Shown here piece after piece: positions 38,135 to 49,141 of a stretch of 64,000 nucleotides of DNA. The notes under the pieces are model-generated. The model ran no database searches. It had not been told where the DNA came from and saw nothing but the letters and a program-made list of their open reading frames with translations. Position 1 is the first letter of the stretch. The number at the start of each line of letters is the position of its first letter. This DNA is from an uncultured Pelagibacteraceae bacterium (GTDB taxonomy: Bacteria > Pseudomonadota > Alphaproteobacteria > Pelagibacterales > Pelagibacteraceae), in contig CACJYB010000002.1 in assembly GCA_902597515.1 (NCBI GenBank), forward strand, positions 5,065-69,064. Direction: 5' to 3'. The translations under genes and the position numbers were made by a program.

Positions 38135-39574
38135 ATGCCAGATAAAATGCTTAAATTTGTTAAAATAGGTCAACAAACTCCACCTAAAAGAGAAGTTGAT
38201 ACGAGAAAGGAAGATTTTAAGGAAATCTATGATGAGTATATAAATGAAAAAGCTAAAGAACAGTCGAGTAGGTGTTCGCAATGTGGAGTACCTTTTTGCC
38301 AAGTTCATTGTCCTTTAAGTAACAACATTCCAGATTGGCTTAAGCTCACAGCTGAGGGAAGATTAAAAGAGGCGTATGAATTATCCCAAAGCACAAACAA
38401 TATGCCTGAAGTGTGTGGCCGAATTTGCCCCCAAGATAGATTATGCGAGGGAAATTGTGTAATTGAACAGTCTGGTCATGGAACAGTAACTATTGGATCA
38501 GTAGAAAAATATATTACAGATAATGCTTGGGATCAGGGTTGGGTAAAACCAATTAAGGTAACGAATGAAAAAAATCAAAGCGTAGGAATTATAGGGGCAG
38601 GTCCTGCTGGGTTAGCCGCTGCAGAACAATTAAGAAAAAACGGCTATAAAATAACTGTCTACGATAGATATGATAGAGCAGGAGGATTATTAATTTATGG
38701 AATACCAAATTTTAAATTAGAAAAAGAAGTTGTAGAGCGAAGAACAAAACTCTTAAAGGATGGAGGAATTGAATTTGTTCAAAATTTTGAAGTTGGTAAG
38801 GATGCAAGCCTAGACCAATTGAGAAAAAAACACGATGCAATTTTAATTGCTACAGGAGTATATAAAGCAAGAGAAGTAAACTTACCTGGAAATGATCTTG
38901 ATAATATTTTTCCTGCAATGGATTTTTTAACAGCATCTAATAAAAAAGGTCTAGGAGATGATGTTGAGTTGTTTGATAAAGGAATTTTAAACGCAGAAGG
39001 CAAAGATGTTGTTGTAATTGGTGGGGGTGACACGGCAATGGATTGTGTAAGAACTTCTATAAGACAGAAGGCAAAATCTGTTAAATGTTTGTATAGAAGA
39101 GATAAACAAAATATGCCAGGATCTGCAAGAGAAGTTGCAAATGCAGAAGAAGAAGGTGTTGAATTTGTTTGGTTATCAAGTCCTAAAGAATTTAAAGGTA
39201 CAAATAAAGTAGAAAAAATAATTGTAGATCAAATTAAACTAGGTGATCCAGACGAGACAGGAAGAAGAAAACCACAAGTACAAGAAGGCTCAAGTTACGA
39301 AACAAAAGCAGATATGGTTATCAAAGCACTAGGTTTTGATCCTGAGGATTTACCGAATTTATTTGATAGTAGTGAACTACAAGTAACAAAGTGGGGAACT
39401 ATTAAAACAGATTTTGATACTATGGAAACAAATATAAAAGGGGTGTTTGCTGCTGGAGATATAGTTAGAGGAGCTTCATTAGTTGTTTGGGCGATAAAGG
39501 ATGGAAGAGATGCAGCAGCTTCAATTAAAACTTATCTAGAGAGCAAATCTAAAGTGGAAAAAAGAGTGGCTTAA
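38135..39574 (+). CDS. gltD: Glutamate synthase small subunit
   Basis: RCSQCGVPFCQVHCP, GRICPQDRLCE, GAGPAG, GGGDTAMDC. Confidence 0.97.
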   Translation: MPDKMLKFVKIGQQTPPKREVDTRKEDFKEIYDEYINEKAKEQSSRCSQCGVPFCQVHCPLSNNIPDWLKLTAEGRLKEAYELSQSTNNMPEVCGRICPQDRLCEGNCVIEQSGHGTVTIGSVEKYITDNAWDQGWVKPIKVTNEKNQSVGIIGAGPAGLAAAEQLRKNGYKITVYDRYDRAGGLLIYGIPNFKLEKEVVERRTKLLKDGGIEFVQNFEVGKDASLDQLRKKHDAILIATGVYKAREVNLPGNDLDNIFPAMDFLTASNKKGLGDDVELFDKGILNAEGKDVVVIGGGDTAMDCVRTSIRQKAKSVKCLYRRDKQNMPGSAREVANAEEEGVEFVWLSSPKEFKGTNKVEKIIVDQIKLGDPDETGRRKPQVQEGSSYETKADMVIKALGFDPEDLPNLFDSSELQVTKWGTIKTDFDTMETNIKGVFAAGDIVRGASLVVWAIKDGRDAAASIKTYLESKSKVEKRVA

Positions 39575-42500
39575 TGAAAAATTATAGAAAGAACCTTCAC
39601 ATTTTAAAAGAAAATAATGTTTATTCAGAAGACATGGAGCATGATGCTTGTGGTGTTGGTATAATTGCATCAACTGAAGGTAAAAAATCTCGTAAAGTTG
39701 TAGAGTATGGTATTGAAGCGTTGAAAGCAGTTTGGCATAGAGGCGCTGTAGATGCCGATGGGAAGACTGGTGATGGAGCTGGAATCCATGTTGAAATACC
39801 AAAAGATTTCTTCATTGAAAAGATAGAAGTGACAGGACACACACATGACAATTCTGAAATATGTGTGGGCATGATATTTCTGCCTAGGAATGATTACGCA
39901 GCGCAAGAAAGTTGCAAAACTATTGTAGAAAGTGAATTAACAAAAAATGATTTTAGTATTTACGGTTGGAGACAAGTTCCAGTTAATCCAAAAGTTTTAG
40001 GAGAAAAGGCATTCCAAACAATGCCTGAAATTATCCAAGTATTGTTTAAACCTTATAATCCAGAATTAACAAATAAAGATTTAGAAAGAAAAATTTATGA
40101 AACTAGAAGAAAGATAGAAAACGAAGCTTTTAAAAAATCTTTAAATAATTTTTATATTTGTTCATTGAGTTCTAAATCTATCATTTACAAAGGAATGTTT
40201 TTAGCTGAAGCTATCTCAGATTTCTACCTTGATTTAAAAGATGAGAGATTTGTTTCAAGGTTTGCTATTTTTCATCAAAGATTTTCAACAAATACAGCGC
40301 CTAGCTGGAATTTAGCTCAACCTTTTAGAGCTATAGCGCATAATGGAGAAATTAATACTTATAGAGGAAATAAAAATTGGATGAAAGTTCATGAACAAGA
40401 GATGAACAGTCCTCTTTTTGACGATGTTGAGAACTTAAAACCTGTTATACAACAGGGAGCATCGGACTCTGCTGCATTAGACAATGTTTTTGAATTATTA
40501 AATATATCTGGTCAGCCCGCACCTTTGGCGAAACTTATGTTAGTTCCAGACGCATGGTCTAAAAAAAATAAAACTCTACCAAAAGATCACCAACAATTAT
40601 TTAATTTTTTAAACAGTACTATGGAGCCATGGGATGGACCAGCTGCTATTGCTGGAACTGATAATGAGTGGGTTATAGCTGCAAATGATAGAAATGGATT
40701 AAGACCTTTAAGATACGCAATTACAAAAGACAAATTATTATTTGCAGGTTCTGAAACAGGAATGATTGAATTAAATGAAAAAAGAATTTTGTCAAAGGGA
40801 AGATTGGGTCCTGGGGAAATAATTGGAGTTAGAATAGAAAAAGGTAAAGTATTTACAAACAAGCAAATAAAAGATTATTTAGCCAAAGAGTATAAACACT
40901 TTAATTCACAAATTATCGACCTAGATGATAAATTAACTATTTCAGATGAAAAAAATTCTTTTTCGGGAGATGATTTAAGAAGAAGGCAATATACTTTTGG
41001 AATAAGTCTAGAAGATCTTGAGCTCATACTGCATCCTATGGCAGAAGATGCTAAAGAAGCAACTGGATCTATGGGGGACGATACACCATTGGCTGTTTTG
41101 TCAGATAGGTATAGACCGATGTATCATTTTTTTAGACAAAATTTTAGTCAAGTCACAAACCCACCAATAGACTCTTTAAGAGAAAACAAGGTTATGAGTT
41201 TGAAAACAAGATTTGGAAATCTTGGAAATATTTTAAATTTTGATAATTTAACAAAGCAAAATATTTATGTTTTAAATAGTCCAATATTATCAAATTCTCA
41301 GTTTGAAAAATTTATAAATTTTTTTGGTAACAATTCATCTATAATTGATTGTACTTTTTCTGAGCATGAAACTTTATTTGATTCAATTAAAAAAATTCAA
41401 AAAGAAGCTGAAGTTGCAGTAAGACAGGGAGTTACTCAATTGATTTTAAGTGACAAAGAGCTTTCTAGCTTAAAACTTCCAATACCAATGCTTTTAGCTG
41501 TTGGGTCAATTAATTCATTCCTTATTGAAAAAAAACTGAGAGGATATGTATCAATAAATGTTCAATCTGGAGAGGCTTTAGATACACACTCTTTTGCAAC
41601 TTTAATAGGAGTTGGAGCAACTACTGTAAATCCGTACTTAGCATTTGATAGTTTATTTCAGCGTCATGAAAAGAAATTATTTGGTCAATTTAGCTTTGAT
41701 GAATGTGTAGAGAGATACATAAAATCAGTAAATGCAGGTTTACTAAAGATCATGTCTAAGATGGGTATTTCAGTTCTAAGTTCTTATAGAGGTGGATGTA
41801 ACTTTGAAACCGTAGGTTTAAGTAGAACAATTGTTGCAGATTATTTTCCAGGAGTTGTCTCTAAAATTTCAGGTATTGGACTTACGGGTATAGAGAAAAA
41901 AATTAGAGAAATACATAAAGAGGCATTTGAAAGTTCTGAAACCATATTGCCGATAGGCGGTATATATAGATATCGTAAAAATGGTGAAACTCATCAATAT
42001 CAAGGAAAATTAATTCATTTACTTCAAAGTGCAGTAGGATCTAATTCTTATGATGCCTATAAAAGATATGCGGATGGAATATACAGCTTACCACCTATTA
42101 ATCTTAGAGACTTAATTGATTTCAGAGAAAAAAAATTAAGTGGGCCAATAGATATTTCTGAGGTTGAGCCAATAGAAAATATTTTAAAAAGATTTGGAAG
42201 TGGGAGCATGTCTCATGGAGCTTTATCAAAAGAGGCGCATGAAACTTTGGCAACTGGTATGAATAGGATTAAAGGTGCTTCATGTAGTGGAGAGGGCGGT
42301 GAAGATGCAAGTAGATTTAAAGTTTTAGATAATGGTGACAGCGCAAACTCAAGAGTTAAACAAATAGCTTCTGCAAGATTCGGAGTTACAGTTAATTATC
42401 TTAATAATTGTAATGAGATAGAAATTAAAATTGCACAAGGCGCTAAGCCTGGTGAGGGAGGTCAGCTACCAGGATTTAAAGTTACAGAGGAGATTGCTAA

Positions 42501-44079
42501 ACTTAGACATTCAACTCCTGGAGTTACTTTAATATCTCCACCACCACATCATGATATTTATTCAATCGAAGATCTTGCACAACTAATTTATGATTTAAAA
42601 CAGATAAATCCTAAAGCAAGAATTGGAGTTAAGCTTGTTGCTTCCTCTGGAGTAGGAACAATTGCAGCTGGTGTGGCTAAAGCAAAAGCAGATATAATAT
42701 TAATTTCTGGACATAATGGTGGAACAGGAGCAACACCACAGACTAGTGTTAAGTATGTTGGAATACCATGGGAAATGGGTTTGACGGAAGCAAACCAAGT
42801 ATTAACTTTAAATAATCTTAGACATAAAGTTACATTAAGAACAGACGGTGGAATTAAAACTGGAAGAGATGTGGTGATAGCTGCAATGATGGGTGCTGAA
42901 GAATATGGTGTTGCTACTACAGCTTTAGTTGCAATGGGTTGTATAATGGTAAGGCAGTGTCATTCAAATACATGTCCTGTAGGTGTTTGTACTCAAGATG
43001 AAAAGCTTAGAGAAAAATTTACTGGGACTCCAGAAAAAGTAGTTAATTTGTTTACATTTATAGCCAGTGAAGTAAGAGAAATATTAGCAAATTTAGGTTT
43101 TAAATCATTAAATGAAGTGATTGGTAGGACAGACTTGTTAAAACAGGTTAGTAAGGGTTCTCCAAATTTAGACGATTTAGATTTAAATCCTTTATTTGTT
43201 CAAGCTGATACTGGAAATAATCCAAGGTATTGTGAGGATCAAGAAATAAATAGTGTACCAGATACTCTTGACCAACAAATTTGGCCAGAAATTGAACAAA
43301 CTTTAGATAATTCTAAAAAAATTGAGAAAGAATATCAAATAAAAAATACTCATAGGGCAGTAGGCACTAGAATTTCTCATCATTTGTATAAAAAATATGG
43401 TTATGAAAAACTTGATGAAAACTTTTTAGTTTTAAATTTTAAAGGATCAGCAGGTCAATCATTTGGTGCATTTTCTTCTAAAGGTTTAAAACTTGTATTA
43501 AAGGGAGATGCAAATGATTATGTTGGTAAAGGTTTGTCAGGAGCTACTATTTCAATAAAATTACCTGAAGAGAGCAATTTAGTTTCAAATGAAAATACAA
43601 TTTTAGGAAATACTGTTCTTTATGGAGCTACTTCAGGAAAACTTTTTGCTGCTGGCCAAGCTGGTGAAAGATTTTCAGTTAGAAATTCTGGTGCAGTTAC
43701 AGTAATTGAAGGATGCGATTCTAATGGATGTGAATATATGACTGGTGGAACTGTAGTAATTTTAGGTGATGTCGGTGATAATTTTGCAGCTGGTATGACA
43801 GGTGGAATGGCCTTTATATATGATAAATCTCAACAATTTGAAAAGAAAGTAAATCCAGAATCAGTAGTTTGGCAAAATGTAGAGACAGATTATTGGAAAG
43901 AATATTTAAAAAATTTAGTCAGTGAGCACTTTAAAGAAACTGAGTCTCAATTATCGAAAAAAATAATTGAAAACTTTGATGATGAAGTAAATAATTTTAT
44001 TCAGGTGTGTCCTAAAGAAATGTTAGATAAATTAAAAAATCCAATTACTTTAAAAAAAGATATAAAAAAAGTTAGCTAA
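39574..44079 (+). CDS. gltB: Glutamate synthase large subunit
   Basis: HDACGVG, HQRFSTNT, AQGAKPGEGG, CIMVRQCHSNTC. Confidence 0.99.
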   Translation: MKNYRKNLHILKENNVYSEDMEHDACGVGIIASTEGKKSRKVVEYGIEALKAVWHRGAVDADGKTGDGAGIHVEIPKDFFIEKIEVTGHTHDNSEICVGMIFLPRNDYAAQESCKTIVESELTKNDFSIYGWRQVPVNPKVLGEKAFQTMPEIIQVLFKPYNPELTNKDLERKIYETRRKIENEAFKKSLNNFYICSLSSKSIIYKGMFLAEAISDFYLDLKDERFVSRFAIFHQRFSTNTAPSWNLAQPFRAIAHNGEINTYRGNKNWMKVHEQEMNSPLFDDVENLKPVIQQGASDSAALDNVFELLNISGQPAPLAKLMLVPDAWSKKNKTLPKDHQQLFNFLNSTMEPWDGPAAIAGTDNEWVIAANDRNGLRPLRYAITKDKLLFAGSETGMIELNEKRILSKGRLGPGEIIGVRIEKGKVFTNKQIKDYLAKEYKHFNSQIIDLDDKLTISDEKNSFSGDDLRRRQYTFGISLEDLELILHPMAEDAKEATGSMGDDTPLAVLSDRYRPMYHFFRQNFSQVTNPPIDSLRENKVMSLKTRFGNLGNILNFDNLTKQNIYVLNSPILSNSQFEKFINFFGNNSSIIDCTFSEHETLFDSIKKIQKEAEVAVRQGVTQLILSDKELSSLKLPIPMLLAVGSINSFLIEKKLRGYVSINVQSGEALDTHSFATLIGVGATTVNPYLAFDSLFQRHEKKLFGQFSFDECVERYIKSVNAGLLKIMSKMGISVLSSYRGGCNFETVGLSRTIVADYFPGVVSKISGIGLTGIEKKIREIHKEAFESSETILPIGGIYRYRKNGETHQYQGKLIHLLQSAVGSNSYDAYKRYADGIYSLPPINLRDLIDFREKKLSGPIDISEVEPIENILKRFGSGSMSHGALSKEAHETLATGMNRIKGASCSGEGGEDASRFKVLDNGDSANSRVKQIASARFGVTVNYLNNCNEIEIKIAQGAKPGEGGQLPGFKVTEEIAKLRHSTPGVTLISPPPHHDIYSIEDLAQLIYDLKQINPKARIGVKLVASSGVGTIAAGVAKAKADIILISGHNGGTGATPQTSVKYVGIPWEMGLTEANQVLTLNNLRHKVTLRTDGGIKTGRDVVIAAMMGAEEYGVATTALVAMGCIMVRQCHSNTCPVGVCTQDEKLREKFTGTPEKVVNLFTFIASEVREILANLGFKSLNEVIGRTDLLKQVSKGSPNLDDLDLNPLFVQADTGNNPRYCEDQEINSVPDTLDQQIWPEIEQTLDNSKKIEKEYQIKNTHRAVGTRISHHLYKKYGYEKLDENFLVLNFKGSAGQSFGAFSSKGLKLVLKGDANDYVGKGLSGATISIKLPEESNLVSNENTILGNTVLYGATSGKLFAAGQAGERFSVRNSGAVTVIEGCDSNGCEYMTGGTVVILGDVGDNFAAGMTGGMAFIYDKSQQFEKKVNPESVVWQNVETDYWKEYLKNLVSEHFKETESQLSKKIIENFDDEVNNFIQVCPKEMLDKLKNPITLKKDIKKVS

Positions 44080-44819
44080 ATTAATAATTTAAGCTCTTTT
44101 AAAATTATATTTAACCATTTTTTATTTGATAAACTGTGATCACCTTTTTTTATAATATTTAATTTTTTTTTAGCTTTTGGAAATAATCTCAAAACTTTTC
44201 TTGAATATGAGACAGGAACTGCCTCATCTTTTTCACCATGAACCATTGTTACTTTAATATTTAAATTTATTTTCTTATTTAAGACTTTGTTTTTTCTTCC
44301 ATCTTTTATTAATTGTAGAGTAATTGGATATTCATAATTGCCATGTTTCAATTGATAAATACCCTTACGTATTGTTTCCTCTTTCATTTTTTTGGTAAAT
44401 TTTTTCCACATTAAATTTTCTAAAAATTCAGGAGCAGCACCTATTCCTAAAAATCCTTTAATCTGTTTTTTGAAAATTTTAAATTGATTAAGCGAAATCC
44501 ATGCGCCCATACTTGAACCAATTAGTACAAATTCTTTTTTTTTAACGTATTTTCTAATTAAAATTGACGTCTCTTTACTCCATTTTGAAATATTTCCATT
44601 TATAAATTTTCCAGAAGATTTTCCATGCCCAGAGTATTCTAGTGCTAAAAAACTTACTTTATTTTTTTTAGCAAATTTCAAAAATGCATTTGGTTTTTTT
44701 CCTTCAAGATCTGACATAAAGCCATGCAAAAAAACTATAAAAGAACTATTTTTAAAAATTTTAGAAATATGTCTAATTTTCTTTGTATTTGATATTTGAT
44801 GAAATCTGAAATTTGCCAT
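44076..44819 (-). CDS. Alpha/beta hydrolase
   Basis: HGFMSD, YSGHG.S.G, GSSMG, HGEKD, GDHSLS. Confidence 0.88.
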   Translation of the reverse strand: MANFRFHQISNTKKIRHISKIFKNSSFIVFLHGFMSDLEGKKPNAFLKFAKKNKVSFLALEYSGHGKSSGKFINGNISKWSKETSILIRKYVKKKEFVLIGSSMGAWISLNQFKIFKKQIKGFLGIGAAPEFLENLMWKKFTKKMKEETIRKGIYQLKHGNYEYPITLQLIKDGRKNKVLNKKINLNIKVTMVHGEKDEAVPVSYSRKVLRLFPKAKKKLNIIKKGDHSLSNKKWLNIILKELKLLI

Positions 44820-44861
44820 AATCGTTTATAAGTTTTGTCTATTAATATATAATCATATCAA

Positions 44862-46016
44862 ATGTCATCTGATTTAAAAGTTTTACAAGTAATACCAAAA
44901 TTAGGTTATGGAGGAGCTGAAACAGGCTGTTATGATGTTGCGCATTATTTAACAGAAAATAATTGTAAATCATTTATTGTAACAAGTGGTGGTGAATTAC
45001 TTAAATTTGTAGATAGGAAAAAAGTTAAAATATTTAGACTTCCAGTGCAAAGCAAAAATCCTCTACTAATTTTAATTAATGCTTTTATCTTAACTGGAAT
45101 AATTTTAGTTTATAATATTTCCCTTGTTCACGCGAGAAGTAGAGCACCTGCTTGGTCGTGCTTATTAGCAACAAAAATCACTGGGCGAAAATTTGTAACT
45201 ACATTTCACGGGACATACAATTTTAAGAGCAATATAAAAAAAATTTATAATTCAGTAATGACTAGAGCAGATTTAATAATTGCAGGATCTAATTTTATTT
45301 TTTCTCATATTAAAAAAAATTATTCAAAATATTTAAATGGGAAAAAAAAATTAATGGTTATTTTTAGAGGAATAAACGTTGACTATTTTGACCCAACAAC
45401 CAAAATTGAAATTGATGAAAAAAAAATATTAAAAAAATGGGACATTGAAAAAGATAAAAAAATTATACTTTTACCTGGTAGATTAACTTCATGGAAAGGA
45501 CAGGAAGTTTTTATAGAGGCAATTAATTTAGTTAATATAGAACTGGGTTATGAAGCCTTTTATGCTGTCATTCTAGGTAGTGATCAAGGTAGAGATTTAT
45601 ATAAGAAAAAATTAATAAGACTTTCCGAGCAATATAGATTGTCTAAACAAATAAGATTTATAGATCATTGTAAGGATATGGCATTAGCTTATAAAGTTTC
45701 TGATATTATTGTTTCAGCTTCAACAGAGCCAGAGGCTTTTGGTAGAGTTGCTGTTGAAGCACAATCGATGGAAAAACCGATTATAGCAAGTAACATTGGT
45801 GGTTCTAATGAAACAATAATTGATGAAAAAACTGGTTTTTTATATGAAGCAGGAAATGCTAAATCATTAAGTAATAAAATATTAAGAACTCTTAACATGG
45901 ATGAAACTCTATTAAAATCAATTGGTAAGGAGGGAAGAAAAAACATAGTTCAAAAATTTAATGTTGAAAAAATGTGCTTTTCTACTTATTCAGAGTATAA
46001 AAGATTATTAAATTAA
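44862..46016 (+). CDS. Glycosyltransferase family 4
   Basis: GGAE, HARSRAPAW, PGRLTSWKG, EAFGRVAVEAQ. Confidence 0.9.
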   Translation: MSSDLKVLQVIPKLGYGGAETGCYDVAHYLTENNCKSFIVTSGGELLKFVDRKKVKIFRLPVQSKNPLLILINAFILTGIILVYNISLVHARSRAPAWSCLLATKITGRKFVTTFHGTYNFKSNIKKIYNSVMTRADLIIAGSNFIFSHIKKNYSKYLNGKKKLMVIFRGINVDYFDPTTKIEIDEKKILKKWDIEKDKKIILLPGRLTSWKGQEVFIEAINLVNIELGYEAFYAVILGSDQGRDLYKKKLIRLSEQYRLSKQIRFIDHCKDMALAYKVSDIIVSASTEPEAFGRVAVEAQSMEKPIIASNIGGSNETIIDEKTGFLYEAGNAKSLSNKILRTLNMDETLLKSIGKEGRKNIVQKFNVEKMCFSTYSEYKRLLN

Positions 46017-47933
46017 ATGCCGATAATAACATTACCTGACGGAAACAATATTGATTTTCCTAATAAAGTTACTGGATTGGAAGTAGCTGAAAAAATTAGT
46101 AAATCATTAGCTAAACAAGCCATGGTCATAAGTGTTGATGGTGATCTTAAAGATCTTGATTTTCTAATTGAAAATGATTGTTCTGTAAAAATTTTTACAT
46201 CTAAAAATCCTGAGGGCTTGGAAACTATAAGACATGATACAGCTCATATTTTAGCTATGGCTGTTCAAGAATTATTTCCTGGCACACAGGTAACAATTGG
46301 ACCTGTGATAGAAAATGGGTTTTACTACGACTTTGCTAGAAAAGAACCATTTACAGAGGATGATCTAGTAAAAATTGAAAATAAAATGAAAGAGATTGTT
46401 GATAGGAATGAAATAACAAAAAGAGAAGTTTGGGATAGAAACAAAGCAATTAACCATTTTAAAAAAAAAGGAGAAACTTATAAAGCTGAGCTTATTGAAG
46501 CAATACCTGAAAACGAAGATGTATCAATTTATTTTCATGGAGAATGGCATGATTTATGTAGAGGTCCACATCTTTCCTCTACAGGCAAAATAGGAAAATA
46601 TTTTAAACTTACAAAGGTGTCAGGAGCATATTGGAGAGGAGACTCTAATAATGAAATGTTGCAACGAATCTATGGTACGAGTTGGGCGACTCAAAAAGAT
46701 CTAGATGAGTATTTAATAAGAATAGAAGAAGCAGAAAAAAGAGATCATAGAAAATTAGGTAGAGAAATGGATTTATTTCATTTTAGAGAAGAAAGTCCTG
46801 GCTCAGTATTTTGGCATGAAAGAGGATGGGGTTTATTTCAAAAGCTCATTAACTATATGAGAAGCAGACAAGATGCTGCTGGTTATAAAGAAGTAAATAC
46901 TCCAGAGGTACTAGACAGACAACTATGGGAAAAATCTGGGCATTGGGAAAAATATGGAGAAAACATGTACACTTCTGAAACACCAGATGAGAAAGTTTTT
47001 GCGATTAAACCAATGAATTGCCCTGGTCATATCCAGGTATTTAATCAAGGCTTAAAAAGTTACAGAGATCTTCCGTTACGTTTTGCTGAATTTGGGAAAG
47101 TTCATCGTTATGAGCCATCAGGCGCTTTACATGGGTTATTAAGAGTAAGAGCCTTCACTCAAGATGATGCCCATATTTTTTGTACTGAAGATCAAATTAC
47201 AAGTGAATGTTTAATTGTTACAAATCTAATATTAGATATTTATAAGGACCTTGGTTTTGAAAATGTGATTCTAAAATATGCAGATAGGCCAGAAGTAAGA
47301 GTTGGTGATGATTCTGTATGGGATAAAGCAGAAGCTTCTTTGCTTGAAGCCGTTAAAGCTTCTAAATTAGAATATACTATTAATAAAGGTGAGGGAGCAT
47401 TTTATGGTCCTAAAATTGAATTTGTTTTACGAGATGCTATTGGCAGAGATTGGCAATGTGGAACTTTGCAAGTAGATTTAAATTTACCTGGAAGATTAGA
47501 TGCTTCTTATGTTGATAAAGATGGAACTAAAAAAGTTCCTGTCATGTTGCACAGAGCATTATTTGGTTCTCTAGAGAGGTTTATTGGAATTTTAATTGAA
47601 AACTATGCAGGCAAGTTTCCATTTTGGATATCTCCTTTACAAACTATGGTAATACCTATCTCAGAAGAATTTAATGAATATGCAGTCGAGGTGTCAAATA
47701 AAATTAAAAATTCAGGCATAAGTTCTGCAGTTGATTTAAAAAATCATAATTTAAATTATAAAATTAGAGATCATTCTTTAGCAAAAATACCGCTTTTATT
47801 AATTTGTGGTAAAAAAGAAGTTGACTCCAATTCAGTAACGATTAGAAGATTAGACTCTAATAAACAAGAAAATATGGGTATAGATCAATTCTTAAAAACA
47901 TTCTCTGCTTTAAACAAAGCATCATCAAACTAA
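46017..47933 (+). CDS. thrS: Threonine--tRNA ligase
   Basis: RHDTAH, DLCRGPH, RDHRKLG, KPMNCP, MLHRA. Confidence 0.99.
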   Translation: MPIITLPDGNNIDFPNKVTGLEVAEKISKSLAKQAMVISVDGDLKDLDFLIENDCSVKIFTSKNPEGLETIRHDTAHILAMAVQELFPGTQVTIGPVIENGFYYDFARKEPFTEDDLVKIENKMKEIVDRNEITKREVWDRNKAINHFKKKGETYKAELIEAIPENEDVSIYFHGEWHDLCRGPHLSSTGKIGKYFKLTKVSGAYWRGDSNNEMLQRIYGTSWATQKDLDEYLIRIEEAEKRDHRKLGREMDLFHFREESPGSVFWHERGWGLFQKLINYMRSRQDAAGYKEVNTPEVLDRQLWEKSGHWEKYGENMYTSETPDEKVFAIKPMNCPGHIQVFNQGLKSYRDLPLRFAEFGKVHRYEPSGALHGLLRVRAFTQDDAHIFCTEDQITSECLIVTNLILDIYKDLGFENVILKYADRPEVRVGDDSVWDKAEASLLEAVKASKLEYTINKGEGAFYGPKIEFVLRDAIGRDWQCGTLQVDLNLPGRLDASYVDKDGTKKVPVMLHRALFGSLERFIGILIENYAGKFPFWISPLQTMVIPISEEFNEYAVEVSNKIKNSGISSAVDLKNHNLNYKIRDHSLAKIPLLLICGKKEVDSNSVTIRRLDSNKQENMGIDQFLKTFSALNKASSN

Positions 47934-48479
47934 GTGGCAGACTTCAAACAAAATTATTTTCAAAGAAGAACTAAGGACAGAGGTCCAAGATCTAATAATA
48001 GAATTTCTTCTCCTGATGTACAAGTTATAGCAAGTGATGGAGAAAATCTTGGTGTGATGAATACCAATGAAGCTATTTCTATGGCAAAAAATCAAGGTTT
48101 AGATTTAATTGAAATAGCGCCTAATGCAAATCCTCCTGTATGTAAAATAATGGATATGGGTAAATATAAGTATGATGCCCAGAAAAAAGCAAATCTTGCA
48201 AAGAAAAAACAAAAAATTATTTCCTTAAAAGAAATTAAAATGAGGCCCGTTACGGAAACCCATGATTATGAGTTTAAAGTCAAAAATGCTAAAAAATTTA
48301 TAGCTAAAGGAGATAAGGTTAAATTCACTATTAGATTTAAAGGTAGAGAACTTCAGCATTCCCATCTAGGAAATGAACTAATGGGTAAAATTAAAGAAGA
48401 TATGAAGGATATCGGTAAGGTAGAACTGCATCCTAAGTTTGATGGGAAGCAAATGATCATGGTAATTCAGCCTTTATAA
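47934..48479 (+). CDS. infC: Translation initiation factor IF-3
   Basis: GLDLIEIAP.ANPPVCKIMD.GKYKY, KEIKMRP, RFKGRE; GTG start right after the thrS stop. Confidence 0.95.
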   Translation: MADFKQNYFQRRTKDRGPRSNNRISSPDVQVIASDGENLGVMNTNEAISMAKNQGLDLIEIAPNANPPVCKIMDMGKYKYDAQKKANLAKKKQKIISLKEIKMRPVTETHDYEFKVKNAKKFIAKGDKVKFTIRFKGRELQHSHLGNELMGKIKEDMKDIGKVELHPKFDGKQMIMVIQPL

Positions 48480-48492
48480 GCCTTAATAGAGG

Positions 48493-48521
48493 TTGTAAAA
48501 TTATATCTTTCTTTGTATAAG
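48493..48521 (+). promoter_or_regulatory. sigma70-type promoter for rpmI-rplT
   Basis: TTGTAA-17 bp-TATAAG, 11 nt before ATG. Confidence 0.55.
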
Positions 48522-48532
48522 TCCGCTGAATT

Positions 48533-48739
48533 ATGCCAAAACTAAAAACAAAAAGCTCAGCAAAAAAAAGATTTAAAATATCCGCTAAGGGTAAAGTTAT
48601 TTCCGCTCAATCAGGTAAAAGACATGGTATGATCAAAAGAACGAATTCACAAATAAGAAAACTAAGAGGCACCACAACATTGTCAAAACAAGATGGAAAA
48701 ATTGTTAAGTCATACATGCCTTACAGTTTAAGAGGTTAA
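48533..48739 (+). CDS. rpmI: 50S ribosomal protein L35
   Basis: [15 protein letters not shown]. Confidence 0.97.
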   Translation: MPKLKTKSSAKKRFKISAKGKVISAQSGKRHGMIKRTNSQIRKLRGTTTLSKQDGKIVKSYMPYSLRG

Positions 48740-48741
48740 TA

Positions 48742-49098
48742 ATGGCAAGAGTTAAAAGAGGTGTAACTAGTAAAGCAAAGCATAAAAAAGTTTTAAAAGC
48801 TGTAAAAGGTCAATGGGGCAGAAGAAAAAATACCATTAGAGTTGCTAAGCAAGCTATGGAAAAATCTATGCAATACGCTTACAGAGACAGAAGAAATAAA
48901 AAAAGAGATTTTAAATCATTATGGATACAGAGAATCAATGCTGGAGTTAGGGCTGAGGGCTTAACTTACTCGAAATTTATCAATGGATTAAATAAATGCG
49001 GTATTGCAATAGATAGAAAAATTCTTGCTGAAATTGCTTACGATAGCCCAGAGGCATTCAAAACAATTGTACAAAAAGCTCAATCAGCTTTAAATTAA
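48742..49098 (+). CDS. rplT: 50S ribosomal protein L20
   Basis: [23 protein letters not shown]. Confidence 0.98.
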   Translation: MARVKRGVTSKAKHKKVLKAVKGQWGRRKNTIRVAKQAMEKSMQYAYRDRRNKKRDFKSLWIQRINAGVRAEGLTYSKFINGLNKCGIAIDRKILAEIAYDSPEAFKTIVQKAQSALN

Positions 49099-49141
49099 TC
49101 TTCGCTATTGTTTTTATTTCTTAAGGAAATAATCTACTAAT

